The notes below the pieces were generated by a model. The model was not told the origin of the DNA, ran no database searches, and saw nothing but the letters and a program-made list of their open reading frames with translations. From positions 9,094-73,093 of the forward strand of contig JBGAUT010000011.1 of NCBI GenBank assembly GCA_044228505.1: a stretch of 64,000 nucleotides of DNA, in the 5' to 3' direction. Each line of letters starts with the position of its first letter. The first letter of the stretch is position 1. Both the position numbers and the translations under genes were made by a program. Source of the DNA: Polyangia bacterium. Its GTDB lineage: Bacteria; Myxococcota_A; Polyangia; Palsa-1104; JAEUJZ01. Shown here piece after piece: positions 17,676 through 26,495 of the stretch.

Positions 17676-19712
17676 TTGGGGGGAGTGCCAATGCGTCGCT
17701 TGTTCACGGTATGCGGGGCGTTTGTCTCCGCGGTAGCCTTGCTGGTCGGTTGTGAGTCGCTGTGGGTCAACTACAAAGTCCCGAACCCCGACAGTTGCGA
17801 GGCACCGGGTTACGGCTGTTCCGTCGACGAAGTCTGTAACCCGAGCACCCGCAAGTGCGAACCGATCGCCACGACGATGCTGGATCTATCGACGGATGGG
17901 GACACCATCGTAGATGCCTTCATCCCGACGACCTGCCAAGGAACGGTCAGCTATTCGTGTAGCGCGAACATGTTCTGTACCCAGGCACCGCTTGGCAGCC
18001 CGCCCCTTTTGAAATTGCACGCCATCAGCGAATCGGACATCTGGGCCGTCAGCAGCAGCCGAATCGTGCATTACGACGGGAAGATCTGGAACACGATCGC
18101 CAATTGCGGTTCCACGGCAGGCTTTGCTGATGTCTTTGCGCCCTCGAACAGCGATGTTTGGTTCATCGAAGGCCGCCGTGTCCTGCGCCTGCAAAGCAAC
18201 ACCATCACCGAGATTCCCATCACTCTGAACGATCCGAACACCAAGCTGCGCGCCCTGTGGGGAGTGAGCGGCAAAATCTGGCTGGTCGGCACCGGCGGCA
18301 CGATCTTTCAGTGGGACGGCACCACCTTCACGGCCCAGAACTCGGGAGTCAGCAGCAACCTCAACGCAATCTGGGGCCCCGATGGTCAGAACCTATGGGC
18401 GGTAGGCGATAACGGCACGGTTCTCCGTTACAACGGCACCACCTGGGCCAAAGAAAATGTCACGGCCACGGCCCACCTGCAATCGGTCCACGGCGCGTCT
18501 TCGTCCTCGGTGTGGGTGGTCGGAGCGAATAGCACCCTGCTGCGCTGGAATGGCTCCGCTTGGGTGAATCAGGTGCTGCTTCCCAGCACCAACATGCTCA
18601 GCATCTCGGTGGACGGAGGCAACAACGGCTGGATCACGACCCAAGGTGGCGAGCTGTTTCGCGGCACCGCTGGGAACTGGATGGTCCACTACAGCGGCCT
18701 ACTAAGCCGTCCGAACAACGAGGTCTGGAGCTTCGGGGCCAACTCTGCGGCGATGGTCGGCGGCAACACCAAGGCGGTGCGCAGCAAGTGGAATGGCACC
18801 ACCTGGAACGACTCGATGGACGAGCTGATGCCCTCTCCACGAGCCATGGTCACAATCTCTGTGCCCTTTGCGGGTGCCGCCGCGATGGGTCAGGGAATCG
18901 ATGGCAATACCTACAGCATCAGCACCGATCTTACGAACCTTGGCTCACGCTTGCAGATTGGCAGTTCTGGCTGGGTAGGCCTGGGTTTGTGGATCGATCC
19001 GGCCCCCACCGGCTCTCGCCTGGCCTGGGTCGTCGGCAAAGGAGGGATGTCGTACTCCCTTACCGGCACCACCTGGTCACCGAGTCCCACCGGCACCACC
19101 GACGATCTTAGCGCGGTCTGTGGCACTGCTTCGAGCGCGGTCTGGGCAATCGGAACGGACCCGACCGGCACCAATGGCCGAGCCGTAAACTGGAACGGCT
19201 TGAGCTGGTCGGTCCTGACAGCCAACGGATTGACCGGGAACCCACTTTATGCGGTCGCTTGCGCAAACGGCCAAGCCTATGCCGTTGGGAAGAGCATGGT
19301 GATGCTCGGCTGTACGAGTGCAAGCTGCACCGCCATCAACACCTCCTTGATTGCGACCCTTGCGAGCCAGACCGCCTATGCGATCTGGAGTACACCCTCC
19401 GCAAGCGGAGCGGGTGCGCTCGACTTCTGGGTCGCAGGCAGCGGCGGCAGCATCTATCGCTACCAGACGGTGGCCGACAAGGCGACACCGTATCCATCGG
19501 GAACGACCCAGACACTGCGTAACATTTTTGGCAAAAATCACTCTGAGTTCTTCGTCACTGGGGATGCGGGAACGGTGCTGAAGTGGAACGGAACGGCCTT
19601 CTCTGTCGTCAAGACCGATACCACTGCAAGCCTGACCACCGGCGTGGTCCTTCCAACTGGGCAAAGCGTCATCGGGGGAGCCTCCGCTGGCTGGCTTCAT
19701 CAGGTCCAGTAG
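17676..19712 (+). CDS. Lipoprotein with Ycf48/BNR-like beta-propeller repeats
   Basis: Lipobox LLVGC. At least 7 repeats of W.VG..GT.L.WNGT.W spacing typical of Ycf48-like / sialidase-like propeller blades. Confidence 0.6.
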   Translation: MGGVPMRRLFTVCGAFVSAVALLVGCESLWVNYKVPNPDSCEAPGYGCSVDEVCNPSTRKCEPIATTMLDLSTDGDTIVDAFIPTTCQGTVSYSCSANMFCTQAPLGSPPLLKLHAISESDIWAVSSSRIVHYDGKIWNTIANCGSTAGFADVFAPSNSDVWFIEGRRVLRLQSNTITEIPITLNDPNTKLRALWGVSGKIWLVGTGGTIFQWDGTTFTAQNSGVSSNLNAIWGPDGQNLWAVGDNGTVLRYNGTTWAKENVTATAHLQSVHGASSSSVWVVGANSTLLRWNGSAWVNQVLLPSTNMLSISVDGGNNGWITTQGGELFRGTAGNWMVHYSGLLSRPNNEVWSFGANSAAMVGGNTKAVRSKWNGTTWNDSMDELMPSPRAMVTISVPFAGAAAMGQGIDGNTYSISTDLTNLGSRLQIGSSGWVGLGLWIDPAPTGSRLAWVVGKGGMSYSLTGTTWSPSPTGTTDDLSAVCGTASSAVWAIGTDPTGTNGRAVNWNGLSWSVLTANGLTGNPLYAVACANGQAYAVGKSMVMLGCTSASCTAINTSLIATLASQTAYAIWSTPSASGAGALDFWVAGSGGSIYRYQTVADKATPYPSGTTQTLRNIFGKNHSEFFVTGDAGTVLKWNGTAFSVVKTDTTASLTTGVVLPTGQSVIGGASAGWLHQVQ

Positions 19713-19774
19713 CTTCGCAGTGGAATCATCAGGCTGTCTCTGCGTTTGCCAAAAACCAACAGGAGTCCTCACCC

Positions 19775-20368
19775 ATGATTCGTTCCCTGGTCTTGTCTTC
19801 GGCTGTGCTGTCCCTCGCTGCGTGCGGGGGAGGTTCTGTCTCTATGCTGCCGCCGATTCCCGCTCCTCCTGGTGTGACCAAGAAGGACGGAGTCACCTAT
19901 TACAAAGACGTGCAGCCGATCATGCAGCGCAGTTGCCAAGGCTGTCACGTGAGCGGTGGAGTCGGACCCTTCCCACTCACTACCTATGACGAGGCGTTTC
20001 AGAACTCCGGTCCGGTGTCGGCGGCGGTCGTCGGTCGCCGCATGCCACCGTGGAAACCCGCTGACAACTGTCAGAAGTTCCAAAACTCGCGAGCGCTCAC
20101 CCAAGATGCCATCGACACGATCTACTCATGGGTGGCGGACGGTTCGCCTGCCGGTAATCCGGCAGATGCGCCGCCTAATATGACGCCCAATCAAGTCACG
20201 CTCGATTGGGTCGACACCACGATGATGCCAAGCGGTTCGTATGCTCCTTCGGCTTCGTTAAGCACCGATTATCACTGCTTCATTCTCGATCCCAAGCTAA
20301 CGGCGGACCGAGATATCATTGGCTATACAGTTCATCCTCGGCGAGACGACAGCAAATCGATGATCTAG
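19775..20368 (+). pseudogene. Cytochrome-c lipoprotein ending in a truncated N-terminal strand of a Cu(II) ascorbate-type (PHM/DBH-like) monooxygenase domain; possible gene remnant
   Basis: Lipobox LSLAAC. Heme motif CQGCH with downstream MPPW. The C-terminus YHCFILDPKL...IIGYTVHP aligns with the PHM motif YLCMSMRLP...FVIDFKP that immediately precedes the HHMLLFGC copper site. The ORF stops just before that site. Confidence 0.45.
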
Positions 20369-20408
20369 GACACGGAGGGAACGCGGCAGGGAACGAACCG
20401 TACTGCAC

Positions 20409-20771
20409 CTATTTTGTCGGTTGAAATCGCAGCGAGATCGAGTTCACACAGTGGCGCGTATTCTTTTCGGTGAAGCGCTCTCCAATGAAGACGTGACCGA
20501 GATGTCCACCGCAGGCCGCGCACAGGATTTCTGTTCTGCGACCATCCGCATCCGTCAACCTTCGCACCGCACCCGGAATTTCGTCATCGAAGCTCGGCCA
20601 GCCGCAGCCACTATGAAACTTGCTATCGGAACGATACAGGGGGGCATTACAGCGACGACAAAGGTACATTCCTTCTGCACTGGTGTCGGTGTACTCTCCG
20701 GTAAAGGCACGCTCCGTCCCTTTCCCTTCAATGACAAACGCTTCTTCAGGAGTCAGCCGGTTCCAAGCCAT
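20409..20771 (-). CDS. msrB: Peptide-methionine (R)-S-oxide reductase MsrB
   Basis: Classic SelR/MsrB sequence: two CxxC zinc pairs (CRRC, CAAC) and the catalytic RHCVNS motif (RHCxN). Confidence 0.85.
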   Translation of the reverse strand: MAWNRLTPEEAFVIEGKGTERAFTGEYTDTSAEGMYLCRRCNAPLYRSDSKFHSGCGWPSFDDEIPGAVRRLTDADGRRTEILCAACGGHLGHVFIGERFTEKNTRHCVNSISLRFQPTK

Positions 20772-20919
20772 GGCTGATTATTCCAAAGGCCGTCGCAAGA
20801 CTCAAGCGGTTGTCACTTTTTACAGTACTTACTTTGCTTCATGCGCTCCGATGGGCGCAGCGATACCAATGCAAAAAAGGAGTCAGTAGCAGTCGGTGTT
20901 CCGCTTGGTGACCGGGCCG

Positions 20920-21375
20920 CTACTCCTTCTTCTTCGGCTTCCCGAGTAGACCTGCGGCCGCTGCCTGCGCGCCCTTGGAGTCACCAACCAGCACAATCAC
21001 CGAGCAGCTCCCATTGGTCTTGGGAGAAATCTGTCCCAGGACTTTGGCCACGCAGCCATTCTGTTCGGGAGTGGCCGGCCCCGTCACTTTGACATCAGAG
21101 GTTACGCCCTGCTTCCAGGTGAACTTGGCAACAAACGCCGCTCCAGCCGGTGCACAGCGATCCAGCGCCTGTTTCGACTTGGCCAGCGTTGCCACGATCG
21201 TCACGGTTGCAAGCAGTCCCCCTTCCGCCATTTCACAGGAAAGCTGACGTACTTCCTGGCCATCGACAGAGAGACTGCCCACGCTCAACTTCGTAGCAGC
21301 CACCGCGCTGCTCCACATCCCGAGCATCGCAACGGCAAAGAATCCAACCAACCGAAACCTACTAGGTGTCTTCAT
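20920..21375 (-). CDS. Hypothetical secreted protein
   Basis: Signal peptide (LVGFFAVAMLGMWSSAVAA). 151 aa with no recognised domain. Confidence 0.45.
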   Translation of the reverse strand: MKTPSRFRLVGFFAVAMLGMWSSAVAATKLSVGSLSVDGQEVRQLSCEMAEGGLLATVTIVATLAKSKQALDRCAPAGAAFVAKFTWKQGVTSDVKVTGPATPEQNGCVAKVLGQISPKTNGSCSVIVLVGDSKGAQAAAAGLLGKPKKKE

Positions 21376-21404
21376 CTTGAGTACTCCACAAAACGGCGAA
21401 CCCT

Positions 21405-22202
21405 GTGACTATATCGAATGCAGCCTGCTACTTGGTGATTGTTCCCCGCCTGCTGCCTCGATGCCAGGGAATCCCATCGATGTCCTGCGGCGGACTGCAA
21501 GTAATTGGCTATGAGGTCGTTCCCGGTGCCAAGCAGAGTGTCCATCACGTCCTGCTTTATCCCGCAGATGCAGCGCTGGCACAGGCAGCGGATGCCAAGA
21601 CCCCTGAAGTCGGCTGGTCGTGCTTTGGCGGCCCTGGAATCAAGACTGCATCGACGATCGGCGGCTGGGTGCCCGGCAGTCCTCCAACCAAGTATCCAAC
21701 CAACACCGGCATCACCCTCCCTGCGGGCCAAGTCCTGGTCATGCAGGTGCATTACGACAACCATCACGGTGGTGCCTGGACTCCCGATCGGACCAGCGTA
21801 AAACTCCAGTACTCTCAAACTCCGGTGGCAAAAAAGGCCGCGATCCTGTCGGTTCAAAACTCGACGTTTCTGCTGCCACCCGGTGCAACCAACTACTCGG
21901 TCGTGGGAAACCTGACAGCGCCAGGGGACGGCTACGTCTACGGACTGCTCCCGCACGCTCACCAGCTTGGAAAACGACTCCGTGTCGAGACGGCGGACAC
22001 CTGCATGATCGACATTCCTGCGTGGGACTTTAACTGGCAGCAGTTCTACTTTTACGAAAACAATCAGGGGATGTTCGTAAAGAAAGGAACGCAGCTCAAG
22101 CTCACCTGCGTATACGACAATCCCACCAGCACGGCGGTCACTTGGGGTGAGTCAACCACCGACGAGATGTGTCTCAATTATTTCTACACCACCGGCCCGT
22201 AA
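21405..22202 (+). CDS. Copper type II ascorbate-dependent monooxygenase-like (PHM/DBH fold) domain protein lacking signal peptide and cytochrome domain
   Basis: CuA-like HH (SVHHVLLYP), a further His (MQVHYDNHH), a CuB-like HxH (LLPHAHQLG) and a Met (TDEMCLNYF), in the order and spacing of PHM. The N-terminus CYLVIVP...VIGYEVVP duplicates the strand on which the upstream fragment ends. The true start may be the ATG near 21480. Confidence 0.5.
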   Translation: MTISNAACYLVIVPRLLPRCQGIPSMSCGGLQVIGYEVVPGAKQSVHHVLLYPADAALAQAADAKTPEVGWSCFGGPGIKTASTIGGWVPGSPPTKYPTNTGITLPAGQVLVMQVHYDNHHGGAWTPDRTSVKLQYSQTPVAKKAAILSVQNSTFLLPPGATNYSVVGNLTAPGDGYVYGLLPHAHQLGKRLRVETADTCMIDIPAWDFNWQQFYFYENNQGMFVKKGTQLKLTCVYDNPTSTAVTWGESTTDEMCLNYFYTTGP

Positions 22203-23020
22203 TTCCCGGAATCCCCCGCTAGATCGACTTCGGCATAAGGCACCGTCCATACCTGCGGATGTGCGAGCCGGTGACCGACGTAGCCGTCATCTCCATCCTC
22301 ACCAAAACAGGTGCCATGATCACTACAGATGATCCCTACGGCCCCCCCGCGCTCGCGCAGTGAATCGAGTAGCACCGGCAGATGTCGATCCAGATCGACG
22401 AGCGCTGCTGCTTGGGTTTCGCAACTCTCGCGGGTCGCCCCTTTGAGGAACATTTTCGTCGGTGGATGAGTGGCTGCAGCATTGATAAACAGAAACACCC
22501 GCTGCTCTTTGGGAAGACCCTGCAAGCGCTCGCGAGCAATCCGAAACTGATTGCGCGACGCCCAAGGACTCACCACGCTGGTTTCTCGGTTGTAGTGAGA
22601 CTCCTCAAACAACGAAGGCAGCACAGCGCCAAGGGGTGAACCGGGATTGAAAAAGCCCGTGCCTCCCAGACAGATGGTGCGGTATCCCGCCTGTTGATAC
22701 GCTGCAATCAGCGAGGATCCATCCAGCAGCAGAGTGCCGGGTCCGGTGGTTCGAGAGCCCGCAAATCGCAACGCCAAGGGACGCAGATGCGGTCCGGGCG
22801 AAATTGGTGTCGGAAAAAAGCCCGCGAAAAACGCTTGGTGCGCCGCAAAGGTAAAGGTCGCCGGAGTATGGCGAGGCTCGAAACCATTCGGAAGGAGAGC
22901 GCCAAGGTTCGGCAGCCGTCCCGCAGCGAGTGTATCGCGCGCCACATCGTAACGAAGCGCATCCAGCGTTAAGAGCAGAAAGTCGCGCTTCCCAAACGCT
23001 TCCCGAAACGAAATCATCAC
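22184..23020 (-). CDS. Alkaline-phosphatase-superfamily (sulfatase/phosphomutase-like) metallohydrolase, possibly STM4013-like
   Basis: N-terminal metal-site motif LLLTLDALRYD and C-terminal SDHGTCFGEDG...GH, typical of the AlkP superfamily. The 4-nt overlap with the upstream HAD gene indicates an operon. Confidence 0.55.
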   Translation of the reverse strand: MMISFREAFGKRDFLLLTLDALRYDVARDTLAAGRLPNLGALLPNGFEPRHTPATFTFAAHQAFFAGFFPTPISPGPHLRPLALRFAGSRTTGPGTLLLDGSSLIAAYQQAGYRTICLGGTGFFNPGSPLGAVLPSLFEESHYNRETSVVSPWASRNQFRIARERLQGLPKEQRVFLFINAAATHPPTKMFLKGATRESCETQAAALVDLDRHLPVLLDSLRERGGAVGIICSDHGTCFGEDGDDGYVGHRLAHPQVWTVPYAEVDLAGDSGNYGPVV

Positions 23021-23631
23021 AGCCTCACGTCATGAAGAGTCGACAGAATCGGAATGTCTATGGGGGCATCAAACCAGCGCGTACGGAGCAGAAAGGCCGT
23101 GATGCCTACAGAGTGGGCACCGGCAACATCGGCCACCGGATCATCACCGATCATCACCGCCGTGGCAGCATCGCGGACATCGACCCCGGCCAGGGCCAGG
23201 GCATGCTGGAAGATGGACGCATGAGGTTTCGGATTCCCAAACTCTTGTGACACCACCACCGCATCCACAAATGGCAGCAAACCGACCGTAGCAATCTTGG
23301 CGCGCTGGACCCGAGACGAACCGTTGGTGATCACGATCTTTGGACCCTGAAAGGCCGACAGAAGCTCGATCGCGCCACTGCGTAACCTGACGTGCTCGGG
23401 CAGCTCCCGCTCAAACCGGGCTCGCGCTTGGGCGGTCGATATCTGCAGCGCGATTCCGATCCGTTCAAACAGAGCCCGACGTGACCCGCGCCCCCCAGCA
23501 TCCAGCGCCACCAGCTCTTCGATGTCCCAACCTGGACTGGGAATGTAACTATGTAGCCAGCTTAGCAATGCGGCATCTCGATCAATCAAGGTGTTGTCCA
23601 GGTCGAGCAGCAGCGCACGAATCAGCGACAT
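23017..23631 (-). CDS. HAD-superfamily hydrolase
   Basis: HAD motif I (LLDLDNTLID), motif II (VITNGS) and motif IV (MIGDDPVADV) are present. Confidence 0.7.
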   Translation of the reverse strand: MSLIRALLLDLDNTLIDRDAALLSWLHSYIPSPGWDIEELVALDAGGRGSRRALFERIGIALQISTAQARARFERELPEHVRLRSGAIELLSAFQGPKIVITNGSSRVQRAKIATVGLLPFVDAVVVSQEFGNPKPHASIFQHALALAGVDVRDAATAVMIGDDPVADVAGAHSVGITAFLLRTRWFDAPIDIPILSTLHDVRL

Positions 23632-23639
23632 CGCACCCC

Positions 23640-24779
23640 TTATGCAACCGCGCCAAACAGCGCGTGAACCTGTGACTGGTAACTGTCTCGACCGTCGCTG
23701 AGTAAGCGAGGTAGGTAGTCTCCCCAGGCATTACACTCCAGCACATAAGGACGACCCGCTGGATCTACCATGACATCCACTCCCACTGCGAGCTGGCCTG
23801 GAAAGCAATCCGCAGCGCGTCGGCAGACTTCATAGACTGCGGTGATGGTCCTGTCGCCAAAGGACCGGAGCGCTTGCTCGGCATCAAGCCGTGACGCATC
23901 AATGTGAAGGTTGGTAATGGTGCCTCTGCCAACCCGTGCGATCCGCTGCGCAATCTGTCCTTTTATCACCAGCACTCGCAGGTCAAACGGACCCGCCTCT
24001 GTCCCGGCTTTGGGAATCCAGCGCTGAACGATCGCTCCGTCGCTCAGAATGATGCGGAAAAGCACGTCTATCGATTCGCGATCGCGATAGGAGCGGAGAC
24101 GCTTTTCGTTGCTCAGAAAGCCGTTTTCAAGTCGCGCCGTGGTCGTAAGCTGCTCTCTGTTTTCCGCAAACCGATAGGCCAGGATTCCGGCCCCTGATGA
24201 CCCCCAACGCGGTTTGATGAACGCTGCATGGAGATTGCGCTGGGAAAGAAACTCACGCAAGGAGTCCGGCGTAGGCGGAGCTGGGTAGGTCTCCGGAACC
24301 GGCACTCCGGCGGCTTGTAGTCGATCCGCGCAAACCAGCTTATCGGTCATCGTCAAGATGTGCTCGACCGGATGCGTTGCGACAAGATGCAAGCTCGCTT
24401 GATCGATGGCGCGCAGCGTTTGTGCGAGCCCCGAAAACCACGCCCGTCCTGGTCGCCACTGACCCTGCGATAGCGCGCCCGAAAAGCCGCCCCGTCTCGC
24501 CAACTCATGCCAAATCAGACTGTCCGCCCCCGGTGATTCCACCCGTAACCAGTCACCCGCCTGTCCAAGTTCACGGAGCACGAAAGGATCGGACAGGACT
24601 TCCTGCCATGGAACCACCACCGGCGTCGGCAGTCCTGCCTGCTGGAGCGCGGCCGCAAAGCCCAAGGCTCGTTTGTCCTGGGGCACTGCAACGATGACGA
24701 TTCGACGGGATCGGACGGATCCCTGCTTGGAATCGCGCTCGCGGAAAGCGGCGAAGGTACCGCACGCGTCAATCGTCAT
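23640..24779 (-). CDS. ATP-grasp family protein (RimK/glutathione-synthetase-like ligase)
   Basis: Signatures include FIKPRWGSSGAGI (K-x-P-x-x-GS-x-G loop) and a C-terminal LVIKGQ...ITNLH segment resembling the ATP-grasp B/C domain. The family-level assignment carries moderate confidence. Confidence 0.55.
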   Translation of the reverse strand: MTIDACGTFAAFRERDSKQGSVRSRRIVIVAVPQDKRALGFAAALQQAGLPTPVVVPWQEVLSDPFVLRELGQAGDWLRVESPGADSLIWHELARRGGFSGALSQGQWRPGRAWFSGLAQTLRAIDQASLHLVATHPVEHILTMTDKLVCADRLQAAGVPVPETYPAPPTPDSLREFLSQRNLHAAFIKPRWGSSGAGILAYRFAENREQLTTTARLENGFLSNEKRLRSYRDRESIDVLFRIILSDGAIVQRWIPKAGTEAGPFDLRVLVIKGQIAQRIARVGRGTITNLHIDASRLDAEQALRSFGDRTITAVYEVCRRAADCFPGQLAVGVDVMVDPAGRPYVLECNAWGDYLPRLLSDGRDSYQSQVHALFGAVA

Positions 24780-24809
24780 CGTGTAGGGAGTGTCGCCAAA
24801 CGACCTACG

Positions 24810-25949
24810 TTGTCAACTGAGGTTCACCGGGACAGCGGAAAAGATCCCCACGCAGTACTAAGGAAGTTGGCCAACGACCTGAATTCCTTCGTTGTAGGGC
24901 AAACATCCACCTATCCGCAGGTAGCGGAAGACTCCGACCATGGTCCACAGACACTTACCAGCAACGAGGAAGCATCAAAAAATATTACTACTGCCAGGTG
25001 CTCGTTCGCCTACAATTATTGTATGAGCTTTCTCAACACCGACTATGCAAAGTGCCTGGCTGCGTCGGAGCGCGTGTCGTGGAGTCTGACGACGGTGGTG
25101 CCAGCAGACGCGCAGCTCGACTTCTCTCGACCGTTTATGCCAGAACCAATGTTTCTGTCGAATCGGCTCGAAGATCTCACGGCAAATGAAAAGCTCAAGC
25201 TCAATCAAATCTTCGGGAGAGCGTACGGATATCTATTTTACTTTGTCGAAGCGTACATTGTCTCAGCCACCATGGAACATGCTCGGGCCGAGCTGTACGG
25301 AGACGAAATTGCGCTGCGAGCGCTGCTGCGATTCACCGAGGAAGAGGTCAAGCACCAGCAGCTCTTCCTTCGCTTCGGAGAGATCTTCGATCGCGACTTT
25401 GGTACCGAGTGTGGACTTACTGATTCCCCACAAGCGGTGGCAAGTTACATTCTGAGCAAGAGTCCGATGGCGGTGCTGCTGGTGACGCTTCACCTGGAGA
25501 TCATCACCCAAGCTCACTACGTCGATGCGATGAAGGACAACGGTGAGGTGGAGCCACTGTTTGCGAGCCTGTTCAAGCATCACTGGCTCGAAGAAGCGCA
25601 GCACGCCAAGCTCGACGTGCTGGAGCTGGAAAAACTCCGTGAGAGTGCGACTCCCGGGCAGCGTGCGCTGGCTGTACAAGAATACATCGAGATCCTTCAA
25701 GCGTTTGCGGGCCTGCTCGGGAGACAAGCGGCTCTGGATGTCGAAAGTCTGGAGCGCGCCTCCGGCAGGACGTTTGACCCGACGCTACGCAGTCAGATCC
25801 AACATAGCCAGACCCGCAGCTACTACCGGGCCTTTCTGTGGTACGGGCTGACCAACAGTCTGTTCCTTGAGTATCTAGCCGACCGATTCCCATCGCTTCT
25901 GGCTCAGACTTCCTCGCTCGCTTCCCAGTTCGGAGAGGGAGGACTATGA
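24810..25949 (+). CDS. Ferritin-like diiron oxygenase (AurF-like N-oxygenase family candidate)
   Basis: Four-helix-bundle diiron ligand pattern: E (FVEAY), ExxH (EEEVKHQ), E...H (LEIITQAH) and ExxH (EEAQHAKLD). The ATG at 25021 (MSFLNTDYAK) is preceded by an AT-rich stretch; it would give a typical 309 aa protein and is the likelier start. Confidence 0.5.
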   Translation: MSTEVHRDSGKDPHAVLRKLANDLNSFVVGQTSTYPQVAEDSDHGPQTLTSNEEASKNITTARCSFAYNYCMSFLNTDYAKCLAASERVSWSLTTVVPADAQLDFSRPFMPEPMFLSNRLEDLTANEKLKLNQIFGRAYGYLFYFVEAYIVSATMEHARAELYGDEIALRALLRFTEEEVKHQQLFLRFGEIFDRDFGTECGLTDSPQAVASYILSKSPMAVLLVTLHLEIITQAHYVDAMKDNGEVEPLFASLFKHHWLEEAQHAKLDVLELEKLRESATPGQRALAVQEYIEILQAFAGLLGRQAALDVESLERASGRTFDPTLRSQIQHSQTRSYYRAFLWYGLTNSLFLEYLADRFPSLLAQTSSLASQFGEGGL

Positions 25950-26239
25950 TGGCCGCACACGCGCTTGCGCAACAACCAAGTCCTGTGGCGAACTTGAACT
26001 CACTCACCGAGACGACACTGACGAGACTCAAGCGGGCCCTCGGTCCTCAAAAGGGTGAAGCCATGGCAGCGCTTATCTTTAGCAAGATGGGCCTGAACCA
26101 GATTTCGAGCCCGCAGGATCTGTGCGACTTCGCCAACCATCTCATCCAGCATGGGGGCGTTGCGGAGGCCGTGGGCCGCTCGCTCAAAGTCATGGCCTTG
26201 CTACGAAGCGCCATTGATCGTCCGGTCCCTGTCCGTTAG
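25946..26239 (+). CDS. Small hypothetical protein, translationally coupled to the diiron oxygenase
   Basis: ATGATGG start overlaps the upstream stop. 97 aa with no recognised domain. Confidence 0.3.
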   Translation: MMAAHALAQQPSPVANLNSLTETTLTRLKRALGPQKGEAMAALIFSKMGLNQISSPQDLCDFANHLIQHGGVAEAVGRSLKVMALLRSAIDRPVPVR

Positions 26240-26495
26240 TCGTAGCGCCCGCTACCGACCATCATTTCAGTACTGGGATGTTGCCTCTGCAGCGGCGCTA
26301 CCGCTGATCGGCACAGAGTTTCTCAGCGACCATCCGCGGCAGCAGCCCCCCACAGTCGCCGTCCAAATAAGATATATTTCATATTCCTAATATCAGGAAG
26401 TCGAGCCGGGCGGTTCTGTTCCGTGTGGCTTGGACTGCGCTTCGATTGTGCCAAGCACGGCTATCATCCGTGATACGGTAGGGTCAAGAATTGTC

